Positions 9,673 through 19,539 of a stretch of DNA of 64,000 nt are shown piece after piece. The stretch comes from Bacteroidota bacterium (lineage in GTDB: Bacteria > Bacteroidota > Bacteroidia > 2-12-FULL-35-15). Numbering within the stretch: position 1 is the stretch's first letter; each line of letters starts with the position of its first letter. The notes below the pieces were generated by a model. It saw only the letters and a program-made list of their open reading frames with translations. It did not search any database and was not told where the DNA came from. Location: positions 56,166 to 120,165 of the forward strand of contig JAZKDU010000015.1 of the NCBI GenBank assembly GCA_040387415.1, written 5' to 3'. The position numbers and the translations under genes were made by a program.

Positions 9673-10839
9673 TTAGTTCGCTTCAACGGTTATCATTGCT
9701 GCAATTTCAATTGCGCGTTGTTTTATTGCATTCACATTACTCCCCACTTTATCGTAAGTTAATGCTACCGCCATTCTTCGATAGGGCCTAGTTACAGGCT
9801 TTCCAAAAATACGAATATCACTCAATTTATTACTCATGGCTTTTTCAATTCCTGGGTAGGTGGGGTGTGTGCCTTCTTTATCAGCAAGAATAACAGCGCT
9901 TGCACCAGCACGTTCCAATGTGATTTCAGCAATAGGCAGTCCTAACACCGCGCGTGCATGTAATTCAAATTCAGAAAAATTTTGTGTGCCAGCAAGTGTT
10001 ACCATCCCCGTATCGTGCGGTCGTGGAGACAGTTCAGAAAAATAAACACCATCATCTGCAAGAAAAAATTCAACGCCCCAAATACCAGCACCTGTCAATG
10101 CTTCAGTAACTTTCTCCGCCATTTGTTGGGCTTCTTTCAAATGTTCTGAATTTATTTCCGCAGGCTGCCAGCTTTCCTGGTAATCTCCACGTTCCTGACG
10201 ATGGCCTATTGGCGGACAAAAGAGGGTTTCACCGTTTTTTTGCGTAACAGTTAGTAAAGTTATTTCAGAATTAAATTTCACAAATGCTTCTGCAATTACC
10301 TCGGTATAATCGCCACGTTTGCCTGCCTGAGCGTATTCCCAAGCTTTCTGAATGTCCGCATCTGATTTGATTACACTTTGTCCCTTACCGGAAGAACTCA
10401 TTAAAGGCTTTACAACACAAGGAATTCCTACGGTTTTAACTGCAGCAATTAACTCATTCAAACTATTCGCGTATTCATATTTAGCCGTTTTTAATCCTAA
10501 TTCTTTTGCTGCTAAATCGCGGATTGCTTTACGGTTCATGGTAAAGTTTGCTGCTCTTGCACTTGGCACTACCTGTATATTTTGTTTTTCATAATCATAA
10601 AACCGTTCGGTTCGAATGGCTTCTATTTCAGGAACAATTATATCAGGTTGGTGTTTGGCAACAATTCTATCCAGCTCATTTCCATCCAACATGTTGATGA
10701 CTTCACGTGAATCGGCTACTTGTTGCGCTGGTGCATCATTGTAGGAATCAACAGCTACAACATAGTGTCCTAAACGCTTTACAGCGATTACAAATTCTTT
10801 TCCCAGTTCGCCTGAACCCAAAAGCATTATTTTCTTCAT
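9673..10839 (-). CDS. purT: Formate-dependent phosphoribosylglycinamide formyltransferase PurT (ATP-grasp)
   Basis: N-terminus [15 protein letters not shown] with ATP-grasp core; typical PurT length (388 aa). Confidence 0.9.
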   Translation of the reverse strand: MKKIMLLGSGELGKEFVIAVKRLGHYVVAVDSYNDAPAQQVADSREVINMLDGNELDRIVAKHQPDIIVPEIEAIRTERFYDYEKQNIQVVPSARAANFTMNRKAIRDLAAKELGLKTAKYEYANSLNELIAAVKTVGIPCVVKPLMSSSGKGQSVIKSDADIQKAWEYAQAGKRGDYTEVIAEAFVKFNSEITLLTVTQKNGETLFCPPIGHRQERGDYQESWQPAEINSEHLKEAQQMAEKVTEALTGAGIWGVEFFLADDGVYFSELSPRPHDTGMVTLAGTQNFSEFELHARAVLGLPIAEITLERAGASAVILADKEGTHPTYPGIEKAMSNKLSDIRIFGKPVTRPYRRMAVALTYDKVGSNVNAIKQRAIEIAAMITVEAN

Positions 10840-10981
10840 AAGATCATTTTTAAAGGCTTCTCCTGGCTTTCAGCAGTGCAGAGAAGTTAATGTATAGGTA
10901 AAGGTAATTAAAATGGAGATATTTTTTTACTTTTGTTTGTATCAAGTCCTAATGTCTAATCTCTTTTAAATCTAAATAAAT

Positions 10982-12169
10982 ATGTACGGAAATTTTAAGA
11001 ATCATCTTCAGTCAGAATTAAAGAATATAGAAGAATCAGGTCTTTTTAAACGTGAGCGGGTAATTGCAACAGAGCAGGGTGCTGTGGTAAAAGTAAATGG
11101 CAAAGAAGTAATAATCTTTTGTTCTAACAATTACCTTGGTTTGTCATCCCATACAAAAGTAATTGAAGCTGCCCATAAAACGCTTGATACCAGAGGTTAC
11201 GGAATGAGCAGCGTTCGTTTTATCTGTGGTACACAGGATATACACAAAGAGTTGGAAGAAAAGATCGCAAAATTTTTAGGGCAGGAAGATACCATTTTAT
11301 ATGCCGCTTGCTTTGACGCGAATGGCGGGGTATTCGAATCGTTGTTTGGTGAAGAAGATGCAATTATTTCAGACGAATTAAATCACGCTTCAATAATTGA
11401 TGGTGTACGTTTGTCAAAAGCGCAGCGCTATCGTTATAAAAACTGTGATATGAATGATCTGGAAGAGCAGCTAAAAAAGGCTCAGGGTCAGCGTTACAGG
11501 ATTATCGTTACAGATGGAGTATTTTCAATGGATGGTTTTGTAGCACCATTAGATAAGATATGTGATTTAGCAGATAAGTACAATGCATTAGTAATGGTGG
11601 ACGAAAGCCATGCCACAGGCTTCATTGGTAAAACCGGCCGTGGAACGGTGGAGTTGAAAAATGTAATGCACCGCGTGGATATTATTACGGGTACATTAGG
11701 CAAAGCTTTAGGTGGGGCTATGGGTGGTTTTACCACCGGTAAAAAAGAAATTATAGAATTATTGCGTCAGCGTTCCCGCCCATATTTATTCAGCAATTCA
11801 TTAGCACCGCATATTGTAGGAGCTTCTATTGCAGTGCTGGATATGTTAAGCGAAGCCACAACACTTCGCGACAAACTGGAATCCAACATCAATTATTTTA
11901 AACAAGGAATTAAAAAAGCAGGTCTGGAAATTAAAGATGGTGATTCTGCTATTGTTCCGGTGATGTTGTACGATGCGAAATTGTCTCAGGATTTTGCAAA
12001 TAAATTATTGGATGAAGGAATATATGTAACCGGTTTCTTTTTCCCTGTTGTTCCGAAAGGTCAGGCGCGAATCCGTGTTCAGTTATCAGCAGCTCATGAA
12101 AAGGCACATATTGATAAAGCATTGGCAGCATTCGAAAAGGTTGGGAAAGAGTTGGGAGTGATAAAGTAA
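10982..12169 (+). CDS. kbl: Glycine C-acetyltransferase / 2-amino-3-ketobutyrate CoA ligase (PLP-dependent)
   Basis: Class-II aminotransferase fold, PLP lysine region TLGKALGG, 395 aa. Divergent from purT. Confidence 0.85.
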   Translation: MYGNFKNHLQSELKNIEESGLFKRERVIATEQGAVVKVNGKEVIIFCSNNYLGLSSHTKVIEAAHKTLDTRGYGMSSVRFICGTQDIHKELEEKIAKFLGQEDTILYAACFDANGGVFESLFGEEDAIISDELNHASIIDGVRLSKAQRYRYKNCDMNDLEEQLKKAQGQRYRIIVTDGVFSMDGFVAPLDKICDLADKYNALVMVDESHATGFIGKTGRGTVELKNVMHRVDIITGTLGKALGGAMGGFTTGKKEIIELLRQRSRPYLFSNSLAPHIVGASIAVLDMLSEATTLRDKLESNINYFKQGIKKAGLEIKDGDSAIVPVMLYDAKLSQDFANKLLDEGIYVTGFFFPVVPKGQARIRVQLSAAHEKAHIDKALAAFEKVGKELGVIK

Positions 12170-12263
12170 TGAAGTTTTCCAGAGGGTGAAATGGATTTTG
12201 GAATTTGATTAGCAATCAATTTTAATTTCCTTTCACTCTCTTTTGTAACTTTAAATAATTGTA

Positions 12264-13220
12264 TTATTCTTCCATACCAATGTGAATCAAAGCATCACCT
12301 TGGTTAACCACCGGTTGGTTATTCATTCCAATAATGTATCCATCAGTAGGGGCAACTAAATTTTCCTGATGTTCTCCATAGGGATCGCAAATCATTCCAA
12401 TAATCTCTCCTTTTATAATGTGTGCCCCGTTTGTTTTAGACGTATGAAATAAACCAGATGCCCGGGCCCTCACCCAAGTGGATTTGTCTAGTAAAACGGT
12501 TGGGTTTTTAGGGATATCAAGGTTGTTCATTTTAAGATGTTTCATTAACCGTAAACAGCCATTCATACCCTCATTGATTGATAAGTAATCAAAACGAGAG
12601 GATTCACCACCTTCAAAAACTAAAATTGATTTCCCCTTTTTTGCAGCTTCTTTGCGCAACGTGTTATCGCGGAAAGGGGCATTGATAATAAGTGTTGGAG
12701 AGAATTTTTTGCCAAGATCTAAATTTACTTTGTTGCTGAATACACAGCGTAATTGAGGGTAATTATTAATTTTCGACCCTCCCGTATGAAAGTCAATACC
12801 AAAGTCGATTTGAGGAATTACCTCATTCATTAAATCGTATGCAATACGGCTTCCAAGCGATCCGTTTTTGTTTCCGGGAAAACATCTGTTAAGATCCCTG
12901 CCATCAGGCAATTCCCGCGATCCGGATAAAAATGAAATAATATTAATAACAGGAATGGCAATGATACTGCCGCAAAGCGGCTCTCGCACATCCTTACGGG
13001 TAATAAGCCTGCGTACAATTTCAATTCCATTTATTTCATCGCCATGCATGCCTGCCAATATCAATAATACAGGGCCAGGATTAATTGAACGAAAAACATA
13101 AACAGGGATTTCAATCACTGTTTTTGTTGGTAATTGATATAAGTTAAGGTTCAGTGTTGCTGATGCCCCCGGCTTGATATCGGTTCCATTAATACGTATG
13201 GTTTTATTTTGGTAAGTCAT
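12264..13220 (-). CDS. Succinylglutamate desuccinylase/aspartoacylase-family zinc deacylase
   Basis: AstE/AspA-family metal-site motifs (GMHGDEINGIE ... DFHTGG). Co-operonic with rimK and DUF785. Confidence 0.75.
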   Translation of the reverse strand: MTYQNKTIRINGTDIKPGASATLNLNLYQLPTKTVIEIPVYVFRSINPGPVLLILAGMHGDEINGIEIVRRLITRKDVREPLCGSIIAIPVINIISFLSGSRELPDGRDLNRCFPGNKNGSLGSRIAYDLMNEVIPQIDFGIDFHTGGSKINNYPQLRCVFSNKVNLDLGKKFSPTLIINAPFRDNTLRKEAAKKGKSILVFEGGESSRFDYLSINEGMNGCLRLMKHLKMNNLDIPKNPTVLLDKSTWVRARASGLFHTSKTNGAHIIKGEIIGMICDPYGEHQENLVAPTDGYIIGMNNQPVVNQGDALIHIGMEE

Positions 13221-13374
13221 TTTTTTTAATTAGAGAAGTGGAAATTTAGAGATTTGAAGAATTAAGAAGTGTTAAAACAAAGAATTAAAAATTGTATCAA
13301 TGAGTAATGTAATAACTCTATTATTTCAAGTTTTTTTAATCTCAAATTCACTAAATTTTCAAATCACCAGTTTT

Positions 13375-14262
13375 TTATGCTCCGTGATTAAATTCGTTAC
13401 GCTCAATGTATTCAATAATCTTAGCCGCGATATCAACACCTGTTGCCCCTTCAATGCCCTCCAGACCCGGTGAAGAATTCACTTCCATTACCAATGGTCC
13501 GCGTGATGATTGCAGCATATCTACTCCTGCTATTGCAAGGCCCAATTTTTTTGCAGAAGTAATCGCGGTTTCACGCTCCTCTTTTGAAAGTTCAATCACC
13601 TGGGCACTTCCACCACGATGCAGGTTGCTTCTGAATTCACCTGGTAAACCCTGACGTTTCATAGCTCCTACTACTTTTCCATCTACTATAAATGCTCTGA
13701 TATCAGCTCCGCCAGCTTCTTTTATAAATTCCTGAACTAAAATGTTTGCTTTTAAAGCCAAAAAAGATTCAATAACCGATTTAGCAGATTTATGTGTTTC
13801 CGCCAAAATTACTCCAATACCTTGCGTGCCCTCTAAAAGCTTTATTACTACTGGTGCACCACCAACCTGCTCCAATACATTTTCAATGTTTTTTGGTATA
13901 GAAGCAAAAGCCGTTTTCGGCATACCAATTCCTGCTTTGGCTAGTAACTGTAAGCTGCGCAGTTTATCACGGGAACGTACCAAAGCCTGTGACTCAACAC
14001 TTGAAAATACTTTCATCTGCTCAAACTGGCGAACAACGGCAGCCCCATAAAATGTAACGGAAGTACCAATACGCGGAATGATAGCATCAACGCCTTTTAC
14101 CTCTTTTCCGCCATAAAATATATGAGGGTTGCCTTTTTCAATAACCAAAACGCATTTTAAATGATCAAGCACAATTACCTCATGCCCGCGTTGTTCTGCA
14201 GCCTCTACTAACCGTCTGGTAGAGTATAGTTTTTGGTTACGTGATAAAATAGCGATTTTCAT
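13375..14262 (-). CDS. rimK: RimK-family alpha-L-glutamate ligase (ATP-grasp)
   Basis: MKIAILSRN...GSVESQAL... ATP-grasp fold, 295 aa, typical RimK. Confidence 0.85.
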   Translation of the reverse strand: MKIAILSRNQKLYSTRRLVEAAEQRGHEVIVLDHLKCVLVIEKGNPHIFYGGKEVKGVDAIIPRIGTSVTFYGAAVVRQFEQMKVFSSVESQALVRSRDKLRSLQLLAKAGIGMPKTAFASIPKNIENVLEQVGGAPVVIKLLEGTQGIGVILAETHKSAKSVIESFLALKANILVQEFIKEAGGADIRAFIVDGKVVGAMKRQGLPGEFRSNLHRGGSAQVIELSKEERETAITSAKKLGLAIAGVDMLQSSRGPLVMEVNSSPGLEGIEGATGVDIAAKIIEYIERNEFNHGA

Positions 14263-14326
14263 TTTTTTATTTTTTAATAAAGTGTCTTAATTTTTGAAAT
14301 AGTTTCTTACCAGCTAATAGATTTAC

Positions 14327-14758
14327 TTATTTACCATTGCGGTTTAAGCAATTCAGTTCAGATACATCAACAATAAAGCGGTTTTTTAACAGTTTTCTGC
14401 CAATTAAAACCGGATAACGCATCTTTCCACGGTCGCTGAGCGAAATTATTGCTTTTATGCGCTTACGGCCAAGCCGTACAGAGGTTTTAATAATATACCG
14501 TTTCTCTATTTCTCCGAATGAATTTTTAATTTCTTTTTGATAATAGGTTGTAAAACGGTGTTCTACAGAAGTGTATTCAGGATGTGATGGAGCTAACAGT
14601 TTAAAATACAAAACGCCATCTTGCTCTCTTATATCACAGCAGTGTAAAGCGCTGGTATACGCACCCGTATCAACTTTCGCGGTAATATCAAATAATCCCA
14701 ATTCAGGAAAATCAATTTGTTCTCTGCGTCCGATTATTAATTTTTCTTTCTGCATCAT
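14327..14758 (-). CDS. RimK-associated retropepsin-like protease (DUF785, annotated 'ATP-dependent zinc protease')
   Basis: 143 aa with an aspartic-protease DTGA motif (KVDTGAYTS). Directly upstream of rimK on the same strand. Confidence 0.7.
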   Translation of the reverse strand: MMQKEKLIIGRREQIDFPELGLFDITAKVDTGAYTSALHCCDIREQDGVLYFKLLAPSHPEYTSVEHRFTTYYQKEIKNSFGEIEKRYIIKTSVRLGRKRIKAIISLSDRGKMRYPVLIGRKLLKNRFIVDVSELNCLNRNGK

Positions 14759-14961
14759 TTTAAATCACTGCAAGATAAAAATTTTTGTTAAAAGGGAAGA
14801 TGAAATCTCTGCCATTCCATTGTTTTTATAGTTCGGTAAACTTTATGCCCGGCTTTATAATTAAAATAGATTATTTTTTGGATGTTATAGAATAATGCAG
14901 GACTGAGAATGGTTGCTCCTGCGTGAATTTGTTAGAATAAAAATAATATTTATATAATTTG

Positions 14962-14991
14962 TTTGCGAAGTAAAAAATAGTAGTACATTTG
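14962..14991 (+). promoter_or_regulatory. Bacteroidetes sigma-A-type promoter (TTTG -33, 18-nt spacer, TAcaTTTG -7) upstream of tRNA-Pro
   Basis: TTTG at 14962-14965 and TACATTTG at 14984-14991. Spacing fits TTG-N17-23-TAnnTTTG. Confidence 0.35.
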
Positions 14992-15023
14992 CAACCGCTT
15001 AATAAGTTTTTAAGCAAAGTATT

Positions 15024-15097
15024 CGGGGCGTAGCGTAGTCCGGTATCGCGCCTGGTTTGGGACCAGGAGGTCGTCAGTTCAAATCTGGCCGCCCCGA
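15024..15097 (+). tRNA. tRNA-Pro (anticodon TGG)
   Basis: Cloverleaf read by hand: acceptor CGGGGCG/CGCCCCG, anticodon stem cctgg/ccagg with loop ttTGGga, T-loop GTTCAAATC. Confidence 0.85.
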
Positions 15098-15176
15098 CTT
15101 AAAAAATTGACTAATTAGTTAATTCGGTAATTTGTTGAAAAAACAAATTTTCAAATTGGTTGATTAGTTTTTTTTT

Positions 15177-15250
15177 GACTCCATAGCTCAGCTGGATAGA
15201 GCACAGGTTTTCTAAACCTGCGGCCATTGGTTCGAATCCAATTGGGGTCA
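15177..15250 (+). tRNA. tRNA-Arg (anticodon TCT)
   Basis: Acceptor GACTCCA/TGGGGTC, D-arm agctcagctggatagagc, anticodon loop ttTCTaa, T-arm GGTTCGAATCC. Confidence 0.85.
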
Positions 15251-15253
15251 CAC

Positions 15254-15294
15254 TAAAAAAAAGACCATTGCTATAATTAGCAATGGTCTTTTTA
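15254..15294 (+). terminator. Rho-independent terminator after tRNA-Arg
   Basis: Perfect hairpin aagaccattgcta / tagcaatggtctt followed by a T-run. Confidence 0.6.
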
Positions 15295-15435
15295 GTTTAA
15301 TTATTCCAGAGTCCCTCTTTTCGATTGGCAACTATTTATGCTTAATGAGTCCTATCCTACCTTTCCGCTCGATTTCAATTAATATTTGAGCTGACGATTG
15401 AGATAGACGTAAGCGAGATTTCAAATAATATTCAA

Positions 15436-15466
15436 CAAAAAAGCCGATACATTTCTGTATCGGCTT
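15436..15466 (-). terminator. Rho-independent terminator downstream of tRNA-Met (minus strand)
   Basis: Hairpin aagccgatacagaaatgtatcggctt followed by a T-run on the minus strand. Confidence 0.5.
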
Positions 15467-15470
15467 GTAG

Positions 15471-15543
<73 letters not shown>

Positions 15544-15797
15544 ATATAGGTTGGTATTTAAATGTTCTTAATAAAGAAGAACAATACGTTCATTTTTGCG
15601 GATACAAAGATACAGTTTGTTTTCAGTACTCCTAACAAATCTTATTAACAATCTTAAACTGTAAATGATTCTACTATTTTTTAACGCTACTAACTCGGAT
15701 ACACCTGTTATTTTCATTGCTATTCTTTAAAAATAGGACTACAACTTTATATTTCGTTTCTTTGCACCCGCAAAAAATGTTATTAACAAAAATTCCA

Positions 15798-16679
15798 ATG
15801 ACACATAAGGCTGGTTTTGTAAATATTATAGGAAGCCCTAATGTAGGTAAATCCACACTAATGAATGTTTTGGTAGGCGAGCGCCTGTCCATTATCACCT
15901 CTAAAGCACAAACCACCCGTCACCGGATTATGGGAATTGTGAATGGAGAGGATTTTCAGATCGTATATTCTGATACTCCAGGAGTGTTAAAACCAAATTA
16001 CAAGCTTCAGGAATCCATGATGGACTTTGTTCACACGGCCATTACCGATGCGGATATCATGCTGTTTATGACTGATATTTATGAAGATATTAAAATTGAC
16101 GAAAAGATACTTGCCAAAATAAAAAACGTTACCATACCTGTGTTGCTGCTGATTAACAAAATTGACCTGGCAGCTCAGGACAAATTGGAAGAACAGGTAC
16201 AGCGCTGGAAAACAGAGGTTCCTAATGCAGAAGTAATACCTGTGTCGGCATTGGAAAAATTCAATGTTAACTATGTGTTCGACCGTATTCTGGCACTTTT
16301 GCCTGAAGGACCCGGATTTTATGCGAAAGATGAATTAACGGACAAACCGGAGAAATTTTTCATTTCTGAGATCATCCGCGAAAAAATATTGATGAACTAC
16401 AAAAAAGAGATTCCTTATTCGGTTGAAGTTGTTGTAGAATCATTCAAAGAAGAAGAAAAAATAGTAAAAATACGTGCGGAGATCATGGTGATCCGCGATT
16501 CGCAAAAAGGAATTATCATAGGACATAAAGGTGCCGCTTTAAAAAGAGTGGGTACTCAGGCCCGTAAGGACATGGAAATTTTCCTGCAAAAACAGGTATT
16601 TCTGGAACTTTTCGTAAAAGTAAACAAAGACTGGCGGGACGATCAAAACCAGCTAAAGCGCTTTGGTTATAGCAGTTAG
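15798..16679 (+). CDS. era: GTPase Era
   Basis: G1 GSPNVGKST, G2/G3 DTPG, G4 NKID, C-terminal KH domain. In-frame ATGs also at 15777 and 15717; 15798 fits the Era N-terminus best. Confidence 0.9.
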   Translation: MTHKAGFVNIIGSPNVGKSTLMNVLVGERLSIITSKAQTTRHRIMGIVNGEDFQIVYSDTPGVLKPNYKLQESMMDFVHTAITDADIMLFMTDIYEDIKIDEKILAKIKNVTIPVLLLINKIDLAAQDKLEEQVQRWKTEVPNAEVIPVSALEKFNVNYVFDRILALLPEGPGFYAKDELTDKPEKFFISEIIREKILMNYKKEIPYSVEVVVESFKEEEKIVKIRAEIMVIRDSQKGIIIGHKGAALKRVGTQARKDMEIFLQKQVFLELFVKVNKDWRDDQNQLKRFGYSS

Positions 16680-16808
16680 TGAAATAAAGAAGTAGAGAGC
16701 TGGAGAATTTAGCGTGAAAGGGAGAAATTAGCAATTGGTACAAATCACCAAATCTACAAATCACCACTTCTCTAATTATTAACAATCAATAAATCTCCAA
16801 TTAAAAAA

Positions 16809-18113
16809 ATGGCAAATATAGTAGCGATAGTAGGACGTCCGAATGTAGGGAAATCAACAATTTTCAACCGTTTGACCGAAAGCAGAAAAGCAATAGTTGA
16901 TTCGGAATCGGGTGTAACACGCGACAGGCATTACGGAAAATCGGAATGGAACGGATTGGGATTTACTGTAATTGATACCGGAGGCTATGTAAAAGGATCG
17001 GAAGATGTTTTTGAGGGAGAAATTCGTAAACAGGTAAAACTTGCCATTGAAGAAGCAAATGTTATTTTGTTTGTACTGGATGTTTCCGAAGGTATCACAG
17101 AAGATGATAAAGTAGTGGCTGATATGCTCAGACGCGGTAAAAAGAAGGTTTTTTTGGTTTCCAATAAGGTAGATAATTTTGTGCGCCAGGGCATGTCGGG
17201 TGAATTTTATGCATTGGGCCTGGGCGAACCATTTAACATTTCTGCCATCAGCGGAAGCGGAACCGGTGAGCTGTTGGATGAAGTGGTGAAAGTGCTGGAT
17301 GCCGACTTTAAAGAAGAGGAATTAAACATCCCCAAATTTGCCATTGTAGGACGCCCGAATGTTGGTAAATCATCCTTTATAAATGCTTTGCTAGGTAAGG
17401 AACGTAATATAGTTACTCCACTTGCCGGCACAACGCGCGACTCTATTAATACGCGTTATACCGCATTTGGTCATGATTTTTTGCTGATTGATACTGCCGG
17501 AATCCGTAAAAAATCGAAAGTAGAGGAAGATCTTGAATTTTATTCGGTAATGCGCTCTATCCGTGCTATTGAGGACTGCGATGTAGCGCTGTTGCTGATT
17601 GATGCACAATTAGGTTTAGAGGCTCAGGACATTAATATTTTCCGTTTAGCGGAAACCAACCGAAAAGGGATTGTTATTGTGGTAAATAAGTGGGATTTGG
17701 TTGAAAAAAGCACCAATTCCACCAAAGAGTACGAAGAAAAGATCCGCGAAAAGCTGGCACCCTTCCGCGATGTGCCTATTATCTTCACCTCTGCCCTTAC
17801 CAAGCAAAGGGTATTAAAAGCCATCGAAGTTGCTGAAAAAGTGAGCGATAATCGCGTTAAAACGATTAAAACCCGTGAGCTTAACGATGTAATGCTACCG
17901 ATAGTTGAAAATCATCCTCCGGCAGCCATCAAAGGCAAGCACGTAAAAATCAAATTTATTAATCAATTGCCTACCCACGCACCTACTTTTGCCTTTTATT
18001 GCAATCTGCCTCAATATGTTACGGAAGCATATATCCGTTTTATTGAAAACAGACTGCGGGAGCAATTTGACTTTTCGGGGGTACCTATTCAAATTTTCAT
18101 GAGAAAAAAATAG
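16809..18113 (+). CDS. der: Ribosome-biogenesis GTPase Der (EngA), tandem GTPase domains + KH-like
   Basis: Two G-domains ([12 protein letters not shown] and [12 protein letters not shown]) with NKVD/NKWD motifs. 434 aa. Confidence 0.9.
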   Translation: MANIVAIVGRPNVGKSTIFNRLTESRKAIVDSESGVTRDRHYGKSEWNGLGFTVIDTGGYVKGSEDVFEGEIRKQVKLAIEEANVILFVLDVSEGITEDDKVVADMLRRGKKKVFLVSNKVDNFVRQGMSGEFYALGLGEPFNISAISGSGTGELLDEVVKVLDADFKEEELNIPKFAIVGRPNVGKSSFINALLGKERNIVTPLAGTTRDSINTRYTAFGHDFLLIDTAGIRKKSKVEEDLEFYSVMRSIRAIEDCDVALLLIDAQLGLEAQDINIFRLAETNRKGIVIVVNKWDLVEKSTNSTKEYEEKIREKLAPFRDVPIIFTSALTKQRVLKAIEVAEKVSDNRVKTIKTRELNDVMLPIVENHPPAAIKGKHVKIKFINQLPTHAPTFAFYCNLPQYVTEAYIRFIENRLREQFDFSGVPIQIFMRKK

Positions 18114-18284
18114 GATAAAGATTAATATAATGACTTACAACCAATTAAGTAAAAAACACAATTCCACTAAATTTCAGTACATTTTTTAACACCGGAATCT
18201 GATAAGTAGCCTAACTAATTGAAAATCAGATAAAAATATATTTTGCAGCTAATTTAAAAATGTTGTAAAAAAAAGTAGGAATTG

Positions 18285-18314
18285 TTTGGTGAATTAAACT
18301 TATGTATATATTTG
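18285..18314 (+). promoter_or_regulatory. Candidate Bacteroidetes promoter (TTTG ... 18 nt ... TATATTTG) for the SiaB/SiaC-like pair
   Basis: TTTG at 18285-18288 and TATATTTG at 18307-18314, about 50 nt upstream of the ATG at 18365. Confidence 0.3.
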
Positions 18315-18364
18315 CGTAATTAATTATTTAGAATAATAAAGGATATTAATTTAATTAGCATTTT

Positions 18365-18910
18365 ATGGTGTTAGATATTTACGGTTTCTACGATAAAATG
18401 GAGCAAAATAATATTATGCTCTCTTTTAAAGGCGATATTACATCAGATCTGCTAACCTCTATTCTTCAAATAATGGAAGCGAAGCTGGACAACTGGCAGG
18501 AAGAACCGAAGGTTAAGAAAAAAGTTTACAATGTGCTGGTTGAATGTTTACAGAATTTATATCACCACATGGACGAAATGGCGCCAAATCAGGATGATAG
18601 AGTTCGTTCAGCCATTTTCATGATAGGTAAAATTGATGGGGTTTATAATATCATTACCGGTAATTACATTAAAAACGAAAACATTCCGAATTTAAAAAAA
18701 TTATTGGACAGCATTAACTTACTAAGCAAGGAAGAATTAAAAGAATACTATAAAGAAATTTTAAATAATGGTGAAATGTCATTAAAAGGCGGAGGAGGCC
18801 TTGGTATGATTGACATCGCACGTAAAACAGGTGGTAAACTTAATTATGATTTTACCCATGTTGATGAAAAATACTCGTTTTTTAGTTTAAATATTAATAT
18901 TTCTCAATAA
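18365..18910 (+). CDS. SiaB-like (DUF6272-type) GHKL-fold serine/threonine kinase of a partner-switch module
   Basis: 181 aa. C-terminal glycine-rich GHKL G2-like box GGGGLGMIDIARKTG, as in anti-sigma-factor-type kinases. Sits directly upstream of a DUF1987/SiaC-like gene, the SiaB/SiaC arrangement. Confidence 0.5.
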   Translation: MVLDIYGFYDKMEQNNIMLSFKGDITSDLLTSILQIMEAKLDNWQEEPKVKKKVYNVLVECLQNLYHHMDEMAPNQDDRVRSAIFMIGKIDGVYNIITGNYIKNENIPNLKKLLDSINLLSKEELKEYYKEILNNGEMSLKGGGGLGMIDIARKTGGKLNYDFTHVDEKYSFFSLNINISQ

Positions 18911-18921
18911 ATAATAAGCAT

Positions 18922-19302
18922 ATGGAAGCAATTTCAATTGAAGGAACACCAAAAACACCAACAGTTAATTTCGATACCGCAAAAGGTTTTTTAGAAATTA
19001 AAGGCCGTTCGATACCTGAAAACTCTATTGAGTTCTACAAACCAATAGTAGATTTGTTAGAAAAATATGCTGGTAAACCACAAGCAGATACAAATGTAAA
19101 TATTCAGTTAGAGTATTTTAACACCAGCTCTTCAAAGTGTATATTGGATGTTTTCAAAAAATTGGAAGGCATCAATAAAGGCGGCAGCAAAGTGGTTATT
19201 AACTGGTATTACGAAGAAGATGATGAGGATATGTTAGAAGCTGGTGAAGATTACCAGGCAATTATCAATGTGCCCTTTAAAATGGTTCAGGTAGTTGATT
19301 AA
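18922..19302 (+). CDS. SiaC-like DUF1987 protein (phospho-substrate of SiaB-type kinases)
   Basis: 126 aa. Pattern GTPKTPTVNFD...GFLEIKGRSIPENSIEFYKPIVDLL matches my recollection of the DUF1987 family; 11 bp after the upstream gene. Confidence 0.55.
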   Translation: MEAISIEGTPKTPTVNFDTAKGFLEIKGRSIPENSIEFYKPIVDLLEKYAGKPQADTNVNIQLEYFNTSSSKCILDVFKKLEGINKGGSKVVINWYYEEDDEDMLEAGEDYQAIINVPFKMVQVVD

Positions 19303-19323
19303 TTTTAAATAACTATATATAGG

Positions 19324-19353
19324 AAAGCCCCGCAAAAATGCGGGGCTTTTTTG
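19324..19353 (+). terminator. Rho-independent terminator after the SiaC-like gene
   Basis: aaagccccgc-aaaaat-gcggggcttttttg. Confidence 0.7.
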
Positions 19354-19539
19354 TTTACTTCCAACCCTTTTAACTTAGCTGGGGAATTAGTATATCTTTG
19401 TAAAAGCGATACAAACCTTCGCATAGCCCCCTTATTTTGGGTGGATATAAATTAGCAGTAATTTTATGTGATACCTTACATTCACAATATTATATTAACC
19501 TTGACCCTTTTAAGTTTTTAAACAAAAGACAATAATAAT

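Noticed and set aside
10840-10981. Glycine riboswitch upstream of kbl, or a SAM riboswitch upstream of the aminotransferase at 48120
   Set aside because: Neither the tandem glycine-aptamer consensus nor the SAM-I core (…CTCTTATCAAGAG…) is present by eye. These regions look like ordinary divergent promoters.
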